A stretch of 64,000 bases of DNA from Albugo candida. Lineage: Eukaryota. The DNA lies in NCBI GenBank assembly GCA_040437565.1, contig JBDOQK010000064.1:62001-126000 (forward strand), written 5' to 3'. Every line of letters begins with the position of its first letter. Positions within the stretch are counted from its first letter, which is position 1. This document shows positions 24,153-34,011 of the stretch, piece by piece. Under the pieces are notes generated by a model. That model had not been told where the DNA came from, ran no database searches, and saw only the letters and a list, made by a program, of their open reading frames with translations. The position numbers and the translations under genes were made by a program.

Positions 24153-25439
24153 ATGAACCTTTTTATAGCGACACCTCGAGGAGAAGATACAATTACATGC
24201 GATCCAGCGTCGACGACAGTCTCTCAGTTACAGTACTTAATAACACAGAAATATCGCATCCCCACCAATGAGTATTTCCTCCAATTTGCGACGAAAATTC
24301 TTTCTTCAAAGGACCGCTTTTTAAGTTACTACAGAATCCAGCATGGTNNNNNNNNNNNNNNNNNNNNNNNNNNNNNNNNNNNNNNNNNNNNNNNNNNNNN
24401 NNNNNNNNNNNNNNNNNNNNNNNNNNNNNNNNNNNNNNNNNNNNNNNATTCGGATCATTTTCCTCCTATGAACCTATTCATTGCGCAACCTCGGGGAGAA
24501 GATACGATTACATGCGATCCAGCGTCGACGACAGTCTCTCAGTTACAGTACTTAATAACACAGAAATATCGCATCCCCACCAATGAGTATTTCCTTCAAT
24601 TTGCGACGAAAATTCTTTCTTCAAAGGACCGCTTTTTAAGTTACTACAGAATCCAGCATGGTGACCGTATCCACGTACAACTGCGGCTATGTGGCGGTAT
24701 CGATTACCAAAATCGAGTGGGATCAAAGCCCGGCTCTGGCGGTGTTGCTTCAGAGTCACAAGCGAACATTGATCGTCGCGAACGTTTGCGCAAATTAGCG
24801 TTGGAAACCATTGATTTATCGAAAGATCCTTATTTTATGAAAAATCATCTAGGATCGTATGAGTGTAAATTATGTCTGACACTCCACAACAATGAAGGCA
24901 ATTATTTGGCGCATACGCAAGGAAAGCGTCATCAGACGAATTTAGCACGTCGGGCTGCAAAAGAAGCATCGGAAGCAGCAAATTCCATCGCACAAGCCAA
25001 TTTTCTGGAAGCGACTGCAGCAGCAGCAGCCGCAGCGGCTCGACCAAGACCATTACGCATCGGATTGCCGGGCTATAAAGTCATGAAACAGCGGGATCCA
25101 GATACCAATGCGCGGATGCTGACCTTTCAAATTTTATATCCCGAATACGACCGGAAGCTTCAACCGCGCCATCGCTTCATGTCAGCTTATGAGCAGAAAA
25201 TCGAGCCCGCAGATAAGAATTATCAGTACCTTTTGTTTGCATGCGAGCCGTACGAAACGATCGGATTCAAAATTCCCAATTTGGAACTCGATCGACGCAA
25301 AGAAAAGTTTTTCAGTAATTGGGATAAAGAGGGGAAAACATTCACATTGCAATTATCATTTGCAGCGGAATCGGACGATCAAAACGAGTTACAGCCTCCG
25401 GCACCACCGCCCCCGCGACCTCAACTGCGATTCTTATAG
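24153..25439 (+). CDS. SF3A2: Ubiquitin-like domain fused to splicing factor 3A subunit 2 (SF3a66/Prp11); 5' part duplicated across the gap (ATG 24153 and 24468)
   Basis: DRRERLRKLALETIDLSKDPYFMKNHLGSYECKLCLTLHNNEGNYLAHTQGKRHQTNL (matrin-type zinc finger), PRHRFMSAYEQ and QYLLFACEPYETI identify SF3A2. It is preceded in frame by a 77-aa Ub-like unit ending LRLCGG (24468-24698). Confidence 0.95.
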   Translation: MNLFIATPRGEDTITCDPASTTVSQLQYLITQKYRIPTNEYFLQFATKILSSKDRFLSYYRIQHGXXXXXXXXXXXXXXXXXXXXXXXXXXXXXXXXXXSDHFPPMNLFIAQPRGEDTITCDPASTTVSQLQYLITQKYRIPTNEYFLQFATKILSSKDRFLSYYRIQHGDRIHVQLRLCGGIDYQNRVGSKPGSGGVASESQANIDRRERLRKLALETIDLSKDPYFMKNHLGSYECKLCLTLHNNEGNYLAHTQGKRHQTNLARRAAKEASEAANSIAQANFLEATAAAAAAAARPRPLRIGLPGYKVMKQRDPDTNARMLTFQILYPEYDRKLQPRHRFMSAYEQKIEPADKNYQYLLFACEPYETIGFKIPNLELDRRKEKFFSNWDKEGKTFTLQLSFAAESDDQNELQPPAPPPPRPQLRFL

Positions 25440-25525
25440 AAACTAACAAGTCAAATTGTTTTTTTCAAATGCATTCTTCATTAACAGTTAATGAAGAAGA
25501 CTGGAATCGTTTTAAGATCTGCGAG

Positions 25526-26964
25526 TTACATTGCCGGGAACTCGGACACGAAGTCCAAGCTGATCTTAGACAGATGAGATATGACTTCACGAATTCCGTT
25601 ATAGAAACTTGTTTCGTGGTACGGGACTTCGTATTCCAAGCAAAATGACTTGACCAAATGATTAAGCTTTTTCAAATTGTGTCGAGGAATCGTTGGAAAC
25701 AAATGATGATCCACCTGATAATTGAGACCGCCAGTGAACCAATCGCACCACAAAGAGCTGGTAATGTTGCGTGTTGTAGTGACTTGAAGCTCCCAGAATT
25801 TGGGTTGAGTCGACCGCTCATATACAGCCATTCCATTGTGGCCGATGCTGAAGACTAGAGCCAGTAAAATTCCACAGGTTGCCTGACTCAAAAAGAACCA
25901 AGCGATTGATTGCCATATTGTCATCCCACAATGATACATTACAGCAAAATTCCACGCGTAATGTGCGAGTAGCCCGCTTTTCTCGGCCCATGGGAACGGA
26001 GATGGGTCATAAAACCCAAATGAGAAGCCTCGGAAGACGTATAGAAGCGATTGTAACAACCAACTCACTCGAGCAAAGAGAATCAATGGAAAATAGAAAA
26101 AGGCTTGGTACTGTACAAGGAAAGCCCCCAATGAAGAAGCATGAGCTTTACGAGCCATATCAATGGACCAAGCGATAAGCGGCATCGTATCGATATCAGG
26201 ATCACCTGAGAAGCCTTCCTGATGGATGGAATGAAGATTTGGTACGGCGTGGTGGGTGTTATGTTTGGTCTTCCACCACTGCACACTGAAGCCTTGCCAC
26301 ACATTACCTACAATTGCTCCCAAGTAATATCGCACTGAAGAATGCTTCACAACTTGATGATGAAGAACGTCGTGGGATAACCACCCAGACTGCTGGTAAA
26401 ACAGCCCCATGATGGCTGCTGAGAGGGTGTAGCCGCTCATGCCAGAGCTCAGGTAGCATACTGCGACGGAGAGGAACCAAATGGCTAGGGTGCTTGTAGT
26501 TTTCCAAATATAATATTGCAAACTGAAAAGAAAGTAATTTGTAAGGGTACTTTTGCAAATATTTCATTTTGTACCAACCTTGTTTTGTAAAGTCCCAATG
26601 ATCGAACGGTTGCACGCAGTTGGCGATACGCCGCAACAAACTCTTGATGCTCTTTTTGATACCGTTTCACTCCGGAATCATACTCAGACTCAGAGGAAGA
26701 TGACTTGATGGAAATGACTTCGCCGATATAAAATTGTTTCAATAGCTGGAACGCATGGGCAGGATGGAATATTGCAAACACGTCGGTCGCATCGGTACCT
26801 GCATGTGTGTACATCACTGATCCCCCAGGATGTGCATTAAAATTAGTTATGTCATAGACTTTATTGTGGATGACAATCCAAGCATCCTTTGGGGAATTAT
26901 GCGCGCGTACTTGGTCCCACGTAAGCACCGACTGTTTTGGTGATAAACTGCTGTATTGGCACAT
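25526..26964 (-). CDS. Front-end (delta-6-type) fatty acid desaturase with cytochrome b5 domain; intron 26523-26578
   Basis: HPGG cytochrome b5 motif and His boxes HDVLHH, HNTHH and QVDHH. The GT-AG intron restores YKTS|LQYYIWK. Confidence 0.93.
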
Positions 26965-28182
26965 AATCGCGTCGCAGTTACTAGTGGCTTTGAATGGCTA
27001 CAAACGCTTTAATAACTAGAGTAAACGCTCTTCCTCAAAGTGATTGGTTATTAAAGAATTCCATGTTTTTCTCAAATGACATCAGCTCTGCAACAAGATG
27101 ATGCCACCACTACGGTACGCCAGAGACGATAGGCTATAATAATGTAGGCTGTCGACTTTGATATACTCTATACTGTAATGTATCTGCAAATGAGCGACAG
27201 AGTCGACAGGCTTTCTCTGTTGTCCAGTCACATTTTCGGACGATTGAAGTAAAAATTTATGGTCATCTACACTTTTATATTGGACAATTTACAGCCCAAC
27301 GTCTTTTCGATCACATAGAGAAAGCTACAGAGAGTACGATGTTGTGCGAATGTACAAGCTGCTTCAAGGAAATGTATATTTGATACATTATACTGCATGT
27401 TTAAGAACCAGTAAGGGGACCGTTAATCAGAAGTAGGCAACTTTGGACCCATATCCAATTTACGTTCCTGCGAATGCGTTACATTCGGTTTAGCGGTATG
27501 TTATCGTCAGGAGCAGTTGTCATAAAAAACGTCGTTCTTTAAGTACAAAACTGATTGCAAATGCTCAGACCCGTGTGCTTTTTATATTCTCCTCGGGCAC
27601 AACTACGTCTGCTGGGCAAAAATGAATACAGAATAATAGCGGTGGTAGATATGAAAATCTCCCACTTAGTACGGCCAAATTTCTGGCTAAAAGCGGCTGC
27701 ACGCATGCTCCAATTCAAATTATATGCCGATGAACAAGGCCAAAGTTGAAAAAGAAGTGTTACTTGTCATTGATATGAAAGTCACGCGAATCATAGACAA
27801 GTGAGCGGTATACCGTCACGCTGAACAGGTGTTTGTGGACATATTACGTACTTCTGATCATAGTGCAATTCAATACGGAGTGTGTGTTTGTATCGCAAAA
27901 GCTAGCCACGCTTCTGCTTACCTGTGCACGCTTATATCTTTCAGCAATTTATACACGCTGAATGTGAAATCATACAGAATGGGAATTGAATCGCTCTTTG
28001 CATCGTCAAAGCCAGAGAAGCCAAGGAGACCAGTGGAATTCGTGAAAAGCATTGGAATCGTAGAGGCACGAGTCGAAGGATTTATGCGATAATCCATCGC
28101 TGATCAAGGTTATTCTGATATTTTGATTAGCTTTGAAAAGAGTGAATGCGAAAGCTTGCTAACGGTATTATGAGAACAATTA

Positions 28183-29711
28183 CTATACTTGTTTAGCGGC
28201 GAGAAGTTGACTCTGTGTAGCGATAGCTTCCTTCAACAGTTGCGGATGGGCAGGGGGGTTTTCAGTACTGAATGGCAATCGCTCACTATCGATTTCATAT
28301 ATATATTGTCTGGGCTGTGTCGGATCGGCGCCATCGAACCAAAGAGTCATTACGCCATCGTAGTTTCTATTAGTTACTTTCTCGATCATTTTCATTTGAT
28401 GACGCTTGAGAAATGTGGCGCCTATGATCCATTCATGGAGGCTACCATCCATGACTGGTTTGAGTGCCAAGGAGCATATTGAGTTGACTGCTTCGTCAGC
28501 TCCTTCTTTGTTGGGTATCTCCACAATATATTCCTCACTTGTGAGCCGATACGTCCGACCTACTAGCATGATTTTCATGAATGGCATTGCTTCATACACG
28601 TTAGGGTTGCATTGAAAAGTTACGCGGTTATCATGCGAGACAGTGACAGAATTTTTGTCAATGAGTTTCTCAACTTTACTCACGAGATATAAGAAAACAA
28701 TTTCTGGGATCTCGCTCAAAAGTCTCCCAAAATCGAAAAGTACCTTTTCCACTCCATTCAAACCCAACTCCGTATTCAACTCTTCACGATCAAACTTGAC
28801 ATAGCCCTCAAAAGGACCGATCGTGATAGCATTATTGCTGGGTTCCTGTGGCCACTTGTGCTCCAGAGTCACCAATCCTAAAATTTGCATGTGCAGGCTC
28901 CTTGGAATACTTTCGACGTACAATCGAGGACCATTGGATGTCTCCCAATTGAAAGTGAAAACCATGTCTTTTTTCTTGTGTCTTTTCAATTCGCATTGAA
29001 ATAATGTAAATAATAATTCACTCGATATTACGAGATTCTCCAAACATTCCGAATTAGAGGGGTTAACCTCCGAACGAGTCATTGCGTCCGAATCTCTTGA
29101 GTGTGATGATTCTGACTTCAAGAAGCTAGATTGACATAAGAGATTGCCGGCTATTGTATTAGTATGCCGAATAAAAGGAGCGTCTTTAGATTTTGCTTCA
29201 TCTAAGACTTCACGACGATTTTTCAATGAAAGAGTCAACAAACTGCCCTTTCACTTCCTTCCATCCACGTAGTTGCTTATAGGAACCTTCCAAGTACTTT
29301 TCCAGGTCCACGTACTTTTTGGGGTCTTTTGTGCTGACAGCACTATCACGCTTTCCACGTAATTGGAAGGATGCTCGAGCACAATTAATGTAAAGATATC
29401 TCGAGCGTATGATATTCGAATTTGCTGGCATANNNNNNNNNNNNNNNNNNNNNNNNNNNNNNNNNNNNNNNNNNNNNNNNNNNNNNNNNNNNNNNNNNNN
29501 NNNNNNNNNNNNNNNNNNNNNNNNNNNNNNNNACTTCCTTCCATCCACGTAGTTGCTTATAGGAACCTTCCAAGTACTTTTCCAGGTCCACGTACTTTTT
29601 GGGGTCTTTTGTGCTGACAGCACTATCACGCTTTCCACGTAATTGGAAGGATGCTCGAGCACAATTAATGTAAAGATATCTCGAGCGTATGATATTCGAA
29701 TTTGCTGGCAT
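28183..29711 (-). pseudogene. Degenerate pepsin-fold (A1 aspartic protease-like) protein with an apparent frameshift at 29219-29223
   Basis: C-lobe motifs VLFDFG, FQC..MPFMKI..GRTYRLTSEEYI, CSLAL and WIIGATFLKRH. The 5' part lies in another frame and is duplicated across the gap. Could be an intact gene with a homopolymer sequencing error. Confidence 0.6.
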
Positions 29712-32630
29712 AGAAAGTGAGCGCAAATTCGAAATACGCCACTTCTCATGCTGTAAAAATTGCAAATGAATGCTCCCTCTCTTGAGCTCTGTCGCACTTA
29801 TAGATGGTGTGGGAAAGCGGAAAAGGAGATGCCAACACTTGGCAGATGGCTAGAAAGTATAGAATTTTACTGGCCTTATAAAGAATATGTTTGCGTTGCA
29901 TAGATGTGCAAAACGTGGACTTCGTGGGAATCTTGCTTCTAGAATGCTCTGCGGTGATTGTGTAAAGTGGTCTATCTAATTAACCGATATAAAGCAAGAT
30001 GTGCGTTACGCTAAGATTAGGATCCCATGTAAGAAACGATGCTAGGACAACACATGCACGATCTGGTCGCAATAAAGCAGCGCCACCAGTCAATTAAACA
30101 TCTACGCGACAGCAATCTTGATATGGAATCGCCGTACATCGTTACGACCTTCGGCAAGATTGTTGTTGCATGGATGTATAATTGACTGGCGACGCTGCTT
30201 TATTGCAACCTGATCCTGCATGTGTTGCCCTAATATCGATCCAACTGATATATATGGAAAGTACTTTTTTNNNNNNNNNNNNNNNNNNNNNNNNNNNNNN
30301 NNNNNNNNNNNNNNNNNNNNNNNNNNNNNNNNNNNNNNNNNNNNNNNNNNNNNNNNNNNNNNNNNNNNNNGATCTGGTCGCAATAAAGCAGCGCCACCAG
30401 TCAATTAAACATCTACGCGACAGCAATCTTGATATGGAATCGCCGTACATCGTTACGACCTTCGGCAAGATTGTTGTTGCATGGATGTATAATTGACTGG
30501 CGACGCTGCTTTATTGCAACCTGATCCTGCATGTGTTGCCCTAATATCGATCCAACTGATATATATGGAAAGTACTTTTTTATGTCTCTCCTTCAGAAGT
30601 GGGACACAGCCGACTTTCTAGAAATAGATGCGCATCAGCAACGGGATCAGATAAAGATATAGAATACGTAATATTTAGTGTGTACACACCACGGTCAGGC
30701 AAGTCTCAATTTCGATTCATGTAGACCACAATGAACGAGCTGACGTGTGCCTTGACACTGGCGGCTTGCTCACGATGCGATTATGTGCACAGACAATAAA
30801 ATCTTTACATGCGCTCATATTGCTTTTCTAGCATACATGATCAATGATGACCAAGTCGAGTATTACTAGATCACTGCTATAAATCTCCAAAATGAAGTTC
30901 TTTGCCAAGGAGTCAGTACTGAAGCAAAGGCTATCGGTAACCCGCCAGATACATTGCTGATCAGTATGTACACGCTTCATTAGATAACTCAATTGAAAAA
31001 CACATCTATGCACGGCTGCATGATCAATGATTGATATCGAGCACTATGCACCTCCTACTCATTTGAAGTACAGATATCTTATTCACTCCTGGAAAGGTCT
31101 TTTCAAGTACAACCGCCGGCTACTTCGGGTTGTTCGGGTCCTATGACTGCAAATGTAAAAATGCAGTAAATAAGATTCTCTCTGGACCTGTTTCATGGAA
31201 AGATATATGCACTCCCTATTTAACGATACGCGTGACCTTAGCTTGAGATGGACACAGAACCATGGAATGACGAATAATGACACAGTCAGCGACCTTAGCT
31301 CCTTCAGCGGCAATGTTTGACATTCCTATTACTGGCTGTAAGAAGGCCGCAACACTTCAATAGGAGCAGAGCTACCAACCTACCTAAACAGATCAACTCT
31401 GCGGTACACATTCCTTTTCTAAAACGAATTTTCGTTACCATATTCAACAATAGTGTGCAAGTGCTCCGAGTTGTACGCAAAAGTTTTTAAATCCGAGACC
31501 AGCATGTGGACATCGCGACAGCCACAGCTTTGTAAACGACCATGGTTGTGTTGGTTCTTTTCGTAACATATCCGACGTTTACTGCATTTATCCTTTCCCT
31601 TGGCGAGGTCAACATCACGTCCGGTGTAATCAATTGATACTGTTATGACAAAAGTAAGTAAACGGATAGAATCGGGTGCGTTCTTTAAGTTTAGTCGCAA
31701 ATGCAAGGGTTGACTGCGATCAGGAGCAACCCCAGTTTCTTCGCAGACGTCACTATGACACGTGGAGCTACAAAAAGAATTGGTGTCTCACTTCAAATTA
31801 GTAGCAGCTGTAGATGCGCGATAATGAGTTTGACTCGCAAATATTTCGTTTTGCACCGACGGATATGATACACGCTATAAATGCATTGACAGAATTTGTA
31901 CATTAGCATTCATGTTTATAATTGCAAATTCTCATATAGTATGAAAGCACATTGAACGCTACAAGCTTTTTGTTTCAGCATCAATCAATCATGTTGTAGT
32001 AATTCTTTACAGAGGTCGCTCGATTATAAACGATGGGGAGAAATTATTAAACATGTAATTACTAGACTGCACAAGATGTGTCGTTCAGACCATTAAAGAC
32101 AGCGATAAGTGGTATAATTACGATTTCCAATTATAGACCGCGTGTTACATGGGTAAAGGCATACCAGTGTGTGTATATCTCATTTTGACAGACGACCCAT
32201 AAGTCGAGAAACGTGAAAATACGTTTATGCAAGTACTTGCGAGAACGATTTAGCAGTATATGGTAATCTTCACACTTTCCACGAATCCTCTGTACGGACA
32301 GAAGAACCATTCATTTGCACCCAGATAAAGATGACATGGTAATAAACAAGGCTTGACGACTTGTCTGATTTTATCCCCGGAGAATTTGATTATTTAGAAG
32401 ACGTTGATCAGTAAGAAGAGGAAGCACAAGCGCCCATATCAACAAATTAAGAATCAAAAATTGACTATCGCATTTATCGCTTCTGAGACAATCTTTTCTG
32501 TTCGTAGACTGCCACGAAAAAAATGATCCTCACTCCAACTCAACACCTTTCGGTAAAGCTTCATCGACATGCCGATTGCTGATAAACCGACTGACCCGGG
32601 AGTGCGTATAACGCTACCTTCCACATGATG

Positions 32631-33671
32631 TCATAGTGTTGATACTCGCTTTACGACCTTGGCTTCCTTTTCTACTAATTTTCGGATCGATTTGAACAAA
32701 TCAATTGGACTCGAAAGGCCCAATTGACGTACCACAAATGCTGGGACGTGACCGCCTAGATCCATGTGCGCAATGATTGCTACTTCACATATATTTGGGT
32801 CATCTGAATCGGGTGTGATGACGTAACCCGAAATATACGACAGCGCCCGCGTGTACCCTTCCTGCTTGGAGCCAGTATGCTCAACCGAACGCGTTGCAAC
32901 TAGGCAACGGCCACTTTTTTCACATCGCACGGATGTGACGACGCAAAAATCGCGAGGAGTAGTGAACATGACACCTTTACACGAAACCAAACGAACTTCA
33001 GTGTGTTCGTCTAGTTGTTCTAATAAGCGGATTTCTTTGGTCATATCATCAAAACGTGGAACCATGTCACGATCTGCAAGTAATCTAAGTGCTTCTTCGG
33101 GATTGCACGGTAATTTACCCGTAGCTTTCATAGTGTGCCACGAATTGTCACGAACACTACCGTGAACGACTTGGACTCCATTACTATTGGGACCTTCTAT
33201 CCAGCCATCTGGGACAACGTCCGTCCCAGCGTATCGTACTAAAAGTCGCTGAAATAAATCGTCTTTTATTTCGTCCAAATTGTCACGCACAATTTCAATA
33301 GGAAGGGGTACTTTCAAATCGTGAGTTTCCTCTATCGAAACCTGTCCGGATGAGATGGAGATGGTTTTATCTGTTTTTGTTTCGCTCTTTCCATCTTTTG
33401 CTTTTGTGCTCGTTGATTGAATGAAATATTCAAAATCAGTATTTGTTGCCTTATCCTCCTTCTTAACGCGTTGTGACTTTCTGATCGTTACTTTTTCTCC
33501 AGCAGTCGCTTTATCTAAATTCGCATTACTCACTCCAATTTCATCTTCATCATTCTCTACTTTTGTGACCGATACGTTACTTTCACGCTTGACGATTTCT
33601 GATGTCAAGCCAATCGGCGCGATAATTTGCTCAATGGCACTTGCGAGGTTGAGACTACCTGAGAAAACCAT
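32631..33671 (-). CDS. START (lipid-transfer) domain protein
   Basis: Intronless 346 aa. W..NGVQV, MKATG, FTTPRDFCVV, VATRSVEH, GYTRA..SGYVI and HMDLGGHVPAFVV are START motifs. Confidence 0.88.
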   Translation of the reverse strand: MVFSGSLNLASAIEQIIAPIGLTSEIVKRESNVSVTKVENDEDEIGVSNANLDKATAGEKVTIRKSQRVKKEDKATNTDFEYFIQSTSTKAKDGKSETKTDKTISISSGQVSIEETHDLKVPLPIEIVRDNLDEIKDDLFQRLLVRYAGTDVVPDGWIEGPNSNGVQVVHGSVRDNSWHTMKATGKLPCNPEEALRLLADRDMVPRFDDMTKEIRLLEQLDEHTEVRLVSCKGVMFTTPRDFCVVTSVRCEKSGRCLVATRSVEHTGSKQEGYTRALSYISGYVITPDSDDPNICEVAIIAHMDLGGHVPAFVVRQLGLSSPIDLFKSIRKLVEKEAKVVKRVSTL

Positions 33672-34011
33672 TAACAGTGTCTAATTGAATCGTGTTGTTG
33701 AAACTAAAGTGAATTGAGAAGTGGGACCACAAGTGAATAAGTGCGTGCGGAAGTTAGTAATGCCCAATTCCACTTGTTTTAAGAGATTTCTGAAAAAAAA
33801 AGTATACACAACGAGTTTTCTAGAACTTTACATTAGTCGAGCAGATCAGTGTCTTTCGTATTACACACTCCCCATCTTTACCCTGTTGACCTTATTCCCC
33901 CTCCTCGTGTTCTACTATGTCCTATATTCATGTCCATACATAAATGCCCTATTTATGAATTGCATCATTACAGGCATTCTGCCACCCTTTCATGATGGCG
34001 CATTCCGCCAA

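Noticed and set aside
24060-24698. Apparent di-ubiquitin-like (two UBL) N-terminus on SF3A2
   Set aside because: The repeat abuts a placeholder gap and includes upstream non-coding bases. A single UBL represented by two haplotypes is simpler.
29251-29253. In-frame TGA upstream of the pepsin-like ORF suggesting readthrough or selenocysteine
   Set aside because: No SECIS evidence; a single-base indel in the adjacent T5 run explains the break more simply.
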